Origin: an uncultured Clostridiaceae bacterium
GTDB lineage: Bacteria; Bacillota; Clostridia; TANB77; CAG-508
DNA: 64,000 nt
Direction of reading: 5' to 3'
Assembly: GCA_949927585.1 (NCBI GenBank)
Contig: CATLFA010000005.1
Coordinates: 2,319-66,318 of the forward strand
A model generated the notes under the pieces. It made no database searches and was not told the origin of the DNA. It saw nothing but the letters and a program-made list of their open reading frames with translations. Positions 1-9,175 of this stretch are shown piece after piece (the stretch's first letter is position 1; each line of letters opens with the position of its first letter). The position numbers and the translations under genes were made by a program.

Positions 1-290
1 TTAAAATAGAAAAACAAAGTAACTGCAATGTATTGAAATTACTTCGTTTTCGTAGTAAAACGTAGCTTATGTGTATAAGGTATAACTCCCAATATATTAT
101 ATAATTCTCCAAAGTTATCAAATTTCTAATAAAAGTATAATAGTAAATGATAACTTTATATAAATATAAAAAAATTAAAAGGGGTTACCAATTTTTACTA
201 ACGGAGCGTAGCGAAGTTAGTAAAAAGCCAAAAAATGAATAGCGATAGCGTATTTTCATTTGTGCAACGGCGAGTTGCCACCTCTGACAG

Positions 291-2231
291 CTACGTTTTG
301 ATTTTGAATATTATCTTACGTGTATCTACAGTTATATTGTTTTCTTTAATGAATTGTTTTACATTTGATTTGTTAAAGACTTCACGTGCTAAATTTGGAG
401 CGTGTTCAATTCCTAGTTCTGTTCGTAAACATTGTTTTGTTAGAATTATTGTATTGTTTATGTATTTTATATTATCCTTTATTATACTTGATAGATTTTC
501 CATTTTATTTTGTAGTATTGCATTAAATATCTGTATAGCTTTAGTATCATAAGTATTATTCTTAATTGATGTATTACTGTCTGATTCTTTATATATTATT
601 TTGTATTTATCTGTAGAATTAATTGGTGTATAGTTGTCTAGCATAGTGCCTACTAGCTTTACTGCCTCTACATCTTTTGTGATTATTACTGCTGTTGTAT
701 CTTCCTCCATATCACGATTTACACGTTTTATAGCCTGATAAAATTCGTTTGCTATTCGACCTATTTTATATTGTTCTATTTCTTTATTAGAAAATTGCCT
801 ACGTCTGTTAGGTGTTGTAACCTTGATGTCTTCATCTGAATTTAATCTCTTTTTTGAATAATACAAATATTCTAAAATATATTGTTTCTCTGATAAATTA
901 AATGTATGGGCTATTAAAACGTTTTGTAGGGATTTATATGTATTATCTCCTAGCATATTTTGGAAGTAATTAAGGTATGGTGTATCAAAATATTCTGTTT
1001 TTCTGTTTCCCTCATTGTCTATACATTCTGACATCTGTGTTACAACCAAAGTCCTTTTTTTATTTAATTTTGACAGTATGCTATTACATATTATAAAAAA
1101 ATTGTCATAAGACTTTTTTGTAGTTGATGTAGTATTTATCTCTATTAGTTCAATAGTCCACTTTTGGTGGTTTAGTACGTGAAACTGTTTACCTAACATA
1201 TCTTTAAATTGTTTTTTTCTTAATTTATATACATTGTTAATATTTGCTGAGGCGTCAAGCAATATGTTTTTTTCAAGAAACCAATAGTCTAATCTTCTTT
1301 TTGGTGTATATAAAATGCCTCTTTCTAATATACAAGTTCCACTGTAAAACTCTAGTACATCATCTAAAGCATTAAATATACTTTTTTTATGTTGTTTGAA
1401 GAAAGATGATTTTTGTTTGCTGCTAAATGTATTTTTTACATCTTTTTTAATACTTTTGAATTTCTTTAATACTTGTTGATATTTTGTGTTACTATTAAAT
1501 ATATGTAGTTTAGATTCTTTGTCATTTCCGTTTGTTTGAATCTTGTCAAAAAATTTTTTTAATTCAATAACTGCATTATCAAATTTCTCCTGAATATCAA
1601 TATATATTAAATCTGCTCTTAATTTTTCCAAACTTATTTTATCAAGAGTAGTTACATCACACATATTTATAAACTCATCTATTACTAAAAGATTTCTTCC
1701 TTTAGAGAAATCTTTTCTTTTGACTTCATTCTCTGCAAGTGATTTATACATTTTATGAGTGATAAATATAATTGGATAAGTATGTAATTTAAAGTTTATC
1801 TCTGAATCTGACATATTAGAATCAATCGTTTCTGCATATACATTATTTAGTAAATAATCTAGTCTTAATTTATAAAATTCTAATGTCTTTACATTTTGCA
1901 TTACAAATAACATTCCCCTGTTAGATTCTTCATAAGTATTTAATGAATATTTTTCTAAATAATCTATTATTTTATTTATCACAATGTAAGTCTTTCCAAC
2001 ACCACATTCACAACCGAATAAATAAAAATAATGAATAGGAGGGGTCGAAGTGATGTGTAGTTTATATTTTGTACTGTCTAAATTGTATGTATAGTTATTA
2101 GTCATCTCATATTCTATTTGTTGTAATTGTTTCTGTAGCTTTGTATAATCGCAAAATCTAATTGTTCTTTGTTTTTCTGCTTTGATTTTTTGTCTTGCCT
2201 CATCTATATCACAACAATTAACTTCTATCAC
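291..2231 (-). CDS. P-loop NTPase, helicase/replication-type protein of the integrative element
   Basis: 646-aa ORF with Walker A-like GCECGVGKT and Walker B-like LLVIDEF. It is the distal gene of the leftward operon headed by the xis-like gene. The exact family is not recognisable by eye. Confidence 0.5.
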   Translation of the reverse strand: MIEVNCCDIDEARQKIKAEKQRTIRFCDYTKLQKQLQQIEYEMTNNYTYNLDSTKYKLHITSTPPIHYFYLFGCECGVGKTYIVINKIIDYLEKYSLNTYEESNRGMLFVMQNVKTLEFYKLRLDYLLNNVYAETIDSNMSDSEINFKLHTYPIIFITHKMYKSLAENEVKRKDFSKGRNLLVIDEFINMCDVTTLDKISLEKLRADLIYIDIQEKFDNAVIELKKFFDKIQTNGNDKESKLHIFNSNTKYQQVLKKFKSIKKDVKNTFSSKQKSSFFKQHKKSIFNALDDVLEFYSGTCILERGILYTPKRRLDYWFLEKNILLDASANINNVYKLRKKQFKDMLGKQFHVLNHQKWTIELIEINTTSTTKKSYDNFFIICNSILSKLNKKRTLVVTQMSECIDNEGNRKTEYFDTPYLNYFQNMLGDNTYKSLQNVLIAHTFNLSEKQYILEYLYYSKKRLNSDEDIKVTTPNRRRQFSNKEIEQYKIGRIANEFYQAIKRVNRDMEEDTTAVIITKDVEAVKLVGTMLDNYTPINSTDKYKIIYKESDSNTSIKNNTYDTKAIQIFNAILQNKMENLSSIIKDNIKYINNTIILTKQCLRTELGIEHAPNLAREVFNKSNVKQFIKENNITVDTRKIIFKIKT

Positions 2232-2251
2232 TTCATTACCTCCTTTTATTT

Positions 2252-2521
2252 TTAATCTTCTAATTCGTAGGCTATTTCATTTATTATGCTCTTATCCCAC
2301 TTGTAAAACGGAACATTATATCCGTTTTGGTACATAACCTCTTTTTGTGAGTAGTAACTTCCCCTATTAGTAGGTATATATTTCTTTCCTTGCTTTTCTA
2401 CATAGCCCAAACTCTCTAATGCTTTTTGTACTTTATTAACTGTAATCTTTTTGCCTGTTCTTATTGTTAATTCTTTTGCTATTTGGCTTGCTGTTAACCT
2501 ATTATTGTTCATCTGTTTCAT
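2252..2521 (-). CDS. small basic protein, possible HTH DNA-binding protein
   Basis: 89-aa ORF. The segment LTASQIAKELTIRTGKKITVNKVQKAL looks HTH-like. A GGAG-type RBS lies upstream. Confidence 0.35.
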   Translation of the reverse strand: MKQMNNNRLTASQIAKELTIRTGKKITVNKVQKALESLGYVEKQGKKYIPTNRGSYYSQKEVMYQNGYNVPFYKWDKSIINEIAYELED

Positions 2522-2651
2522 CTTCTTCTCCTCTTTCTAAATTTAATTTACAACTAACGAATATTTTAATTATTCATTTTTAGTTAGTGTAAGTAATATT
2601 CGTTAGTTGTTTTTATGAGCATATCACAGTAAAACTATTAAGCTCATCTTT

Positions 2652-3323
2652 TTAACACCAAGTGTCTACAATATCACCATTTCCCCAATATTCTGCTAAA
2701 TATTGAAGAGCATTACCTTTTAAAAGATATTGTGTCCTTATTTCTTCTTCTAGCTGATTACTTTCATTTACTATTGGTATTAGTCTGACATATAAGTTAT
2801 TTTCCATTACAAATTCAGTACAAGATGAATTACTTATAATTGATAGCCCACAACCTGCTCTTAAATCCTGAAAAAGCTCATCTTCTCTTTTACTCGTTAA
2901 GACAGCAAGTTCTGATAATGAGATTCCGTCTTTATCTCTGTTTAGTTCTCTTTCTAGTTTAGTATAATCATCGTGTGTTAATTCTTTTTTTGAATCGTAC
3001 CATTCAAAAAACTTCGTTTGTGAAAGCCTATCATAAATGTCATATCTTTGAATTGCCCAGTAACCTGTCTGACGTGGCAAAGTAAAGATTAGTTCTCCAA
3101 GTTTTTCACGTTTTTCGTGAACTTCTATAATATTGGGTACTTCTAGCTCTTGTCTATCTAAAATAGAACAGCCAAGACCTATTGTGTCTAAATCTTCTAG
3201 CTCCATATCCATTACTTCTTTTGCTGTCATTGTTTCTTCATCTTCTTGTAGAGTTCTCACATTTTCTAAATTATTATCTTCTGTTTGTGGTGTTTCTGCA
3301 CCTTTATTTTGATTTAATTCCAT
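2652..3323 (-). CDS. hypothetical acidic protein (mobile-element operon)
   Basis: 223-aa ORF in an AT-rich context with an AGGAGG RBS before the ATG. No recognisable motif. Confidence 0.4.
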   Translation of the reverse strand: MELNQNKGAETPQTEDNNLENVRTLQEDEETMTAKEVMDMELEDLDTIGLGCSILDRQELEVPNIIEVHEKREKLGELIFTLPRQTGYWAIQRYDIYDRLSQTKFFEWYDSKKELTHDDYTKLERELNRDKDGISLSELAVLTSKREDELFQDLRAGCGLSIISNSSCTEFVMENNLYVRLIPIVNESNQLEEEIRTQYLLKGNALQYLAEYWGNGDIVDTWC

Positions 3324-3453
3324 AAATGAATCCTCCTATTCTAAATTATCAATATTTGACAATACTAGCAAAATCAATTACAATATTATTGTCGATAATT
3401 TTTGCAATTAGATTTTGCTAGTTGTCTATTAAGCACTTAAACAAGTGCTTTTA

Positions 3454-3711
3454 TTATTTATTTTCTTCTAGTGATAATTCGCCTGTTTGTCTTATAATAT
3501 TAAGGAATCTGTCCTTTTCAATAAAATATTGATTTCCAACTTTAATACCATATTTCTTCATAAATTTTTCTGCTATATAGTTATAGTTTGTTAATATGTA
3601 TTTACCTTGTTCAAAGTCATAATTTTTTGTATTAAATAGTTCTTTTACATCTTCCTGTACCAATAATTCTATTGTAGGTTTATCACTATATTCTGACCAA
3701 ATTTCTTGCAT
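3454..3711 (-). CDS. hypothetical protein
   Basis: The ORF track gives 3454..3762. An internal ATG (MQEIWSEY) follows a strong AGGAGG at correct spacing, so the start is set at 3711. Confidence 0.4.
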   Translation of the reverse strand: MQEIWSEYSDKPTIELLVQEDVKELFNTKNYDFEQGKYILTNYNYIAEKFMKKYGIKVGNQYFIEKDRFLNIIRQTGELSLEENK

Positions 3712-3957
3712 TTTTTTATCCTCCTTTTTTATTTGTCTGTTTTCTACATCAATAAATAACACGACATAAGTTATTTATTATAGATGTTTTACTCTACACC
3801 CTCAAATGAGGGGATAGATTCTTTCCTTTTTAATGTTCCTGTTTTAATCTGTGTTACTACTATGTATTTCACTTCTTTATATAATAATGTAGATATTGTT
3901 ATGTAGATGAGAAGTGAGATGATTAGTAGTAATGTGATGTTAAGATGTAACATTTTT

Positions 3958-4278
3958 TTATTCCTCCTCTGTTTCTTTCAATAATTGTTTGTGTGTTTCA
4001 AACAACACTTTTTCTATTTCACTAACCATTGACATTTCAAAAATTTCATCAAATCCGTTAATTTGCCACATCACATAGTTGCTCTTATTATTTTTTAACA
4101 TATTCATAAATTCTTCAAAATCAATGCAATGTTGTTCAATAAGTTCTCTTGTAGTAGTAACTAAATTTTTATTTGGTATTTCTTGATTTTCTGCTAGTGC
4201 ATTATTAATGTTTAAAGAAACATCTTCAATAAAGCAAAACTCATTGTTGTCAAAAAATACTATTTCTTCGTAATACAT
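3958..4278 (-). CDS. hypothetical protein
   Basis: The ORF track gives 3958..4458, which overlaps the xis-like gene. The ATG of MYYEEIVFF is preceded by GGGAGG, so the shorter form is preferred. Confidence 0.35.
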   Translation of the reverse strand: MYYEEIVFFDNNEFCFIEDVSLNINNALAENQEIPNKNLVTTTRELIEQHCIDFEEFMNMLKNNKSNYVMWQINGFDEIFEMSMVSEIEKVLFETHKQLLKETEEE

Positions 4279-4393
4279 ACTTTTTGTCCTCCCTTCTCCA
4301 AAATTCATTAAATTTTTAATATGCTTTGTGCCTTTTAAATCCTTATGTAATATTTCTTTTCTTTTACTAGTAGAAACATTTTCTCCCTCCTTT

Positions 4394-4579
4394 TTAATCT
4401 CTCCTTGATTTCTTCCATTCTTCAAATGCCTCTTTATCCACTCCGAATTTTCTGCCAAGTCTTAAAGCTGGAAAGTCCTCTCTTGCAAAAACCTCGTAAA
4501 CCTTATTTCTTCCTATCTGTAGATTTTTTTGTACATCTTCTACAGTTAGTATTTCTGTTAATTCTGTTGTTTCTTCCAC
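4394..4579 (-). CDS. excisionase-type (MerR-like HTH) DNA-binding protein
   Basis: The C-terminal LTVEDVQKNLQIGRNKVYEVFAREDFPALRLGRKFGVDKEAFEEW is typical of phage/ICE excisionase HTH proteins. The ORF is open to 4654, but a GTG after AAGGGGGG gives a ~61-aa product typical of Xis. Confidence 0.55.
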   Translation of the reverse strand: MEETTELTEILTVEDVQKNLQIGRNKVYEVFAREDFPALRLGRKFGVDKEAFEEWKKSRRD

Positions 4580-4676
4580 AGAATTCCCCCCTTTCACAAC
4601 AAAATGTATATGTTTTAAGTCTTTATCTTTCAAACAATAAACATATTGTATCACAAAAAAAGATTTTTGTCAATGC

Positions 4677-4775
4677 TTATATCACTTTTTGTGTATTATA
4701 TTTTATTTTTATTTTAAAATAATCTGTAAATATCTACAAAATGTGTTGACAAGTAATACAAAAAGTGATATGATA
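4677..4775. promoter_or_regulatory. divergent promoter/operator region between the xis-like operon and the cI-like repressor
   Basis: TTGACA (4746-4751), a 17-nt spacer and TATGAT (4769-4774) precede the + gene. A 14-nt core, ATATCACTTTTTGT (4679-4692), recurs inverted at 4758-4771 and overlaps the -10 region. Confidence 0.55.
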
Positions 4776-4804
4776 ATATAAAAATACCAAAAAGGAGAAT
4801 TGAT

Positions 4805-5800
4805 ATGAATAGAATAAATGTAGTTATAAAAGAAAATCGTCTAAAAAATGGTTGGACTCAAGAAGAATTATCAAATAAATTAAATGTATCTGTTAGTTTA
4901 ATAAGAATGTATGAAAATGGAACAAGAAATCCAAGCGATAAAGTAAAAGAATTATTATGCCAACTATTTAATATAAGCATAAGTGAATTATTTGAAAAAA
5001 ATCAAATAGATAAGCTACAGCAAAGTTTGAATGAACAAATATCAACAAGGAATTTAAAAGATGAAGATTTAGAAATTATAAAGAAAACCTTAATCGCTAG
5101 TATGTGTGATATTAATAATATGTTTTATTATATTAGAAGTAAAAAATATATTAATATAAATCCTAGCGTTGAAATTTCGTCTACACAAGAAAATAACATA
5201 TTATTAAAAAGAATTGTTAAAAACTGTTATAATATTATTAAAAAATTCTTTTACAATCAAGTTTCAGAAAATACACTATTAGAAATACATAATTATTATT
5301 CCGATGTAGAATCTACCAATACAGAAATACAATTTAATAAAAAAATAGAACTTGAAGTAAAAGAGATATTTGAAGAAATAAAACAATGTATAGAAAAAAT
5401 GGAGAAAGTAGATATTCCTAGCTATATGATACCTATTGTTCCATTAAATTATTTTGAATTTGCAAGTAATATTAACTATAACACACTATTAGAACATTTT
5501 GAAGATTTACTAGAAATGCCTGTATCAATAGAGGAAAACAAGTATTATGCAATTAAAAAGAATAATAAAATGTATGTTCTAGTATTAGATAACAGTATTA
5601 TAGAAAATGAAGTTTATTTTATAAGGACAAAGAATAGAAGTAGTGAAAGATTGGGGTTATATACAGTATTTAATAGTTATAGTGGAATTATAATGCAATC
5701 ACTAAATACAAATATTCCTATAGATTGTTCAAATAAAGATATTAATACTAATAATGTAAATATATTAGGAAGAGTTGTTGCAACTATTTCTATTATATAA
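4805..5800 (+). CDS. XRE-family (cI-like) transcriptional repressor with a long C-terminal domain
   Basis: The N-terminal NRLKNGWTQEELSNKLNVSVSLIRMYENGTRNPSDKVKELLCQLFNISISELF is a canonical XRE HTH. An AAAGGAG RBS is present. The gene is divergent from the xis-like operon. Confidence 0.75.
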   Translation: MNRINVVIKENRLKNGWTQEELSNKLNVSVSLIRMYENGTRNPSDKVKELLCQLFNISISELFEKNQIDKLQQSLNEQISTRNLKDEDLEIIKKTLIASMCDINNMFYYIRSKKYININPSVEISSTQENNILLKRIVKNCYNIIKKFFYNQVSENTLLEIHNYYSDVESTNTEIQFNKKIELEVKEIFEEIKQCIEKMEKVDIPSYMIPIVPLNYFEFASNINYNTLLEHFEDLLEMPVSIEENKYYAIKKNNKMYVLVLDNSIIENEVYFIRTKNRSSERLGLYTVFNSYSGIIMQSLNTNIPIDCSNKDINTNNVNILGRVVATISII

Positions 5801-5990
5801 ATAATAAGAGAATGTAAACCGTCTACCAAACAATTTTACATTCCCTATCAATCCAAATACTTTTTAGAAAGCATTTGTAGGTATTACTACCTATATATTT
5901 ATATTATCACAAAGAGTACCAAAAAGCAATAAATCAACAAAACCTTTCTTAAAGTATTTGAAAAATAAATATTTTAAGGAGGTTTTATTT

Positions 5991-7407
5991 ATGGCAGGTC
6001 GCCCTAGAAAAGATGAGAAAAGCAAAACAAAAGGAAGAAATGGAACAGGAACAATAAGTAAATGTGTTCTAAAGAATGATAAGAAAGAAAGACGTTCTAC
6101 ACAATTTTGCAGAATATGTGGAGAGTGCAAGAAGAAAAATACTTGTCCTAGAACAAAAGAAACAGCTTGTAACAAGTGTAAAGAGTGTACTAATAAGAAT
6201 TGTCCTATCTATTATATAAGTGTTAGATATAAGGCTTTTTCTCCTCAAAAACATAATTCAAAAAGAGAATATTTGGGAAGTTTTGATACTCAAAAGGAGG
6301 CACAAGAAAGTATTGATAAATATATTAATGGGGGTTTTACAAAGAAAAATGACATTACGTTATTTAAGATTTTAGAATCAAAAGGCACGAAGAAGTTAAA
6401 CGCAAATTTAATAGTTCAATCTTCAGATGATAGAAACGAATGTATTAGAAATAAAATGCAAAAACAAGGAATTGGAAATAAACCAATACAAAAAATAACT
6501 ACTGATGATATACAAGAATATCTTAACGGCTTAAAGGATACTTCGGCACAAAGTGAAATTGACAAAAACAGAGATGAAATAAAATCTGCATTTACTTATG
6601 CAATGCAACACAAATTGATTTTAGAAAATCCAACAAATAACTTAGTTGAAGTTATAAGTTCTATCCCAACAAAAGTAGCAAGACCATTTGAATTGGAAGA
6701 ACAACAACTTATATTAGACTATATTAATGATGATAACAACATAAATAAATTAACAGATATTAGGTCAAGAATGGATAGTATAACATTTAGAAACATAGTA
6801 AGATTAGCTTTTGCAACTGGACAGAGGATTGGAGAAATTTTGGCTTTAATTCAGACAGAAAAGAAACATAGTAGCGACATTAACTTTGAAAAGAAGACAT
6901 TTGTAATATCAAAAACAATTACACACGAAAAGAATAAATTAGTTTTAGTAAATCGTACTAAAAATGATAAGAAAAGATTAAGACAAGGATTACCAAGAGA
7001 AAGAGAAATTTCATTTAGTATTGCTCCTCCAAATGTTATAGAAAATATCTTTACATCTCAAATAGAACATTCAAAAGAAAATCCTAATAATACTCAACAT
7101 TTTGTATTTTGTAATAGTGACGGTACATTTGTAGACCAACATCAGGTAACAACAACATTCAAAAGAATCTGTAGAGAGTTACATATACAAGATGATAACC
7201 CTAAAGGCTGTTATATCCACCAAGCTCGTCATTCCTTTGTTACAAGGTGTTTGGAGGCTCGGAATGAAAGTTGAAACTATTGCTGACCTTATAGGTGATA
7301 CAGTTGAACAAGTACAAAAAACCTATGCTCACATTCTACCAAGATTTAGAGATGACGAAACAGCAAAACTTCATAATTATTATGAAAATAACGACATTAA
7401 ATATTAA
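5991..7407 (+). CDS. tyrosine recombinase/integrase, interrupted by a +1 frame break at the in-frame CGG-A (7260)
   Basis: AAGGAGG lies before the ATG at 5991. The N-terminus is Cys-rich and is followed by an AP2-like segment (YLGSFDTQKEAQESIDKYING). The HQARHSFVTRCLEA motif is in frame 1. GMKVETIADLIGDTVEQVQKTYAH, which holds the catalytic Tyr, is in the +1 frame (ORF 7192..7407). Confidence 0.8.
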
Positions 7408-7444
7408 TAAAAATATAGAATATTCTTTATTAGAATGTTCTATA

Positions 7445-7512
7445 TTTTTTGTCACATTTTTTGTCACATTTTTTGTCACATTTAAAAATTTTTTTGTCAC
7501 ATTTTTGGCACA
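7445..7512 (+). repeat. TTTTTTGTCACA direct repeats: three tandem at 12-nt period, a fourth copy and a degenerate fifth
   Basis: GTCACA occurs at 7451, 7463, 7475 and 7496, and GGCACA at 7507. The array sits immediately downstream of the integrase stop. Candidate arm-type integrase binding sites. Confidence 0.6.
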
Positions 7513-7540
7513 TACACTTTAATTTATTGTAACACACCAT

Positions 7541-7578
7541 AAAAAGTAAAAAATAAAAATCCCTATTTCTAGGGACTT
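7541..7578 (-). terminator. rho-independent terminator downstream of the tRNA pair
   Basis: On the minus strand the stem TCCCTA-gaaa-TAGGGA is followed by TTTTTATTTTTT. Confidence 0.6.
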
Positions 7579-7624
7579 ACAGGTATTATATAACACTGTT
7601 TAAAATTACATAACACCTAGATAT

Positions 7625-7698
7625 TGGAGGCGCCACCCGGATTTGAACCGGGGATCAGAGTTTTGCAGACTCGTGCCTTACCGCTTGGCTATAGCGCC
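7625..7698 (-). tRNA. tRNA-Cys (anticodon GCA)
   Basis: The reverse complement folds as a cloverleaf: acceptor GGCGCTA/TGGCGCC, anticodon loop CTGCAAA, T-arm CCCGG-TTCAAAT-CCGGG, encoded CCA. Confidence 0.9.
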
Positions 7699-7711
7699 GT
7701 ATATTATTATT

Positions 7712-7785
7712 TGGAGCAGGTAACGGGAATCGGACCCGTAACTAATCCTTGGCAAGGATTTATTTTACCACTAAACTATACCTGC
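7712..7785 (-). tRNA. tRNA-Gly (anticodon GCC)
   Basis: The reverse complement has acceptor GCAGGTA/TACCTGC, anticodon stem AATCC/GGATT with loop TTGCCAA, T-arm ACGGG-TCCGATT-CCCGT and encoded CCA. The anticodon loop is a normal 7 nt. Confidence 0.85.
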
Positions 7786-7825
7786 ACATGCTTATAAAAG
7801 CATATCTATAATAACAAAATTATAT

Positions 7826-9086
7826 CTAAAAGTCAAGACATGTTGGCAAATTTTCAAAAAATTGAACCATATAATTTATTATATTTTTCTTTTTAACTTC
7901 TTCTTTAGCTACTATATCTATTGTTTCTATTATTTCTTCTTTATTTTTTATTATTAAATTTCCTATTTTTGTTTCTTTTAATACTGGTGCTTCATATTCA
8001 TATATACAATTAATTTCTACTTCTATATCTTTTTCTGTTCCTTTTTTTATTGGAATTACTTTACTTTCTATATTTCTTAATTCTAATTCTATGTTTTTCT
8101 TTTGTGCTTTATTTATATATATGCGACTTCCATTAATTTGTTTCCATTTTTCGAATTCTTTTTTTATAATTTCTTCTAAATTTATTCTTTCATATTCTTT
8201 AAATGCATATTCTATTAATTTTATACTATCTGATGTCCTTTGTTTTTTTGTATCTGCTCCTAATACTACTGTTATTATTTGATTTCCTTCCCTTGTGCAT
8301 GAAGTAACTAAACATCTCATTGCATTACCTGTAAATCCTGTTTTTACTCCATTTACACCATTTAGGCTACCTAGCAATTCATTTGTATTACTTATATTTC
8401 TACTTGCTCCATTTATATTTACTGTAATATTTTTTGTATTTACTATATTCGCAAATTTTGAATTTTGCAATGCATAATCTGTTAATACTGCTAGCTCATA
8501 TGCAGTAGTATAATGTTCTTCATTATCTAATCCATGTGGAGTTACAAAATTAGTATTTTTTAATCCTAATTCTTCTGCCTTTTTGTTCATAAGGCATGCA
8601 AACCCCTCTACACTTCCTCCTACATACTCAGCAAGTGCTACTGCCGCATCATTTCCGTGATCGTAACATTAGACCATAAAGCAAATCATTTATTGTTAAT
8701 TTATCATTTGCCTTTACTTTAAGGTTTGAGCCTCCAGTATTAGCTGCTTTTTTTGATATTGTTACTACATCTGTTAATTTAGCATTTTCTAATACTACTA
8801 TAGCTGTCATTATTTTTGTTGTTGATGCCATTGCTCTTTTTTTATATTCATTTTTACCCCATATTACTTTTTTTGTAGTTCTGTCATATATTATTGCTGA
8901 TTTAGAATTTAAGATTGGTTCATTAGTCGGTATTGTTGCTGATTCTACTATTTCTTGTAATTCGTCTTTATTTAGTTCTTCCTCTTCTTGATCATCTGCA
9001 TATATTATAGGCATACATATATTTAATATAATAATAAGTATTATTGTAATTTTAAATAAATTTTTCTTTTTTAACAAGTAAATCAC
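7826..9086 (-). CDS. D-alanyl-D-alanine carboxypeptidase (S11/PBP5 type), interrupted by a +1 break at the in-frame CGG-A (8657..8655)
   Basis: A signal/TM N-terminus and the SxxK motif (MASTTK) lie in ORF 8649..9086. The SxN motif is split: ...LMLRS then, in the +1 frame, GNDAAVALAEYVGG, continuing into ORF 7826..8590 (FVTPHGLD, KTGFT). Confidence 0.85.
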
Positions 9087-9175
9087 CTTTTATATTTTAT
9101 TATATTAGGTCATTTTTATTACAATTTTATTATGATTTTTTATAGTTATTATAAATAACTATATTTTTGAATGCA

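Noticed and set aside
235-552. Plus-strand 105-aa ORF, and many similar L/F/I/S-rich ORFs opposite long minus-strand genes. Examples: 4405..4722, 8091..8477, 9256..9690, 12984..13379, 16189..17508, 18174..20716, 20784..21744, 22517..22981, 42116..42855, 52646..53483, 55454..56608.
   Set aside because: These are antisense shadows of real genes in an AT-rich genome. They have low-complexity hydrophobic translations, no RBS, and lie fully inside better-supported ORFs on the other strand.
5891-6254. Minus-strand ORFs 5891..6175 and 6069..6254 overlapping the integrase 5' region.
   Set aside because: Both are antisense to the well-supported integrase N-terminus and have no RBS. They are low-complexity shadow ORFs.
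7445-7512. Possibility that the short direct repeats (the 12-mers here, and the heptad arrays at 25819-25918, 27441-27553 and 28221-28266) are CRISPR arrays.
   Set aside because: The repeats are contiguous, or the arrays are self-complementary, with no unique spacers of 25-40 nt. No cas genes are present in the window.
7625-7698. The tRNA-Cys 3' end as the attachment core of the integrative element.
   Set aside because: A complete tRNA terminator (7541-7578) lies between the integrase and the tRNA. I also found no copy of tRNA 3' sequence inside 1-7500. The att core cannot be identified without the element's left end.
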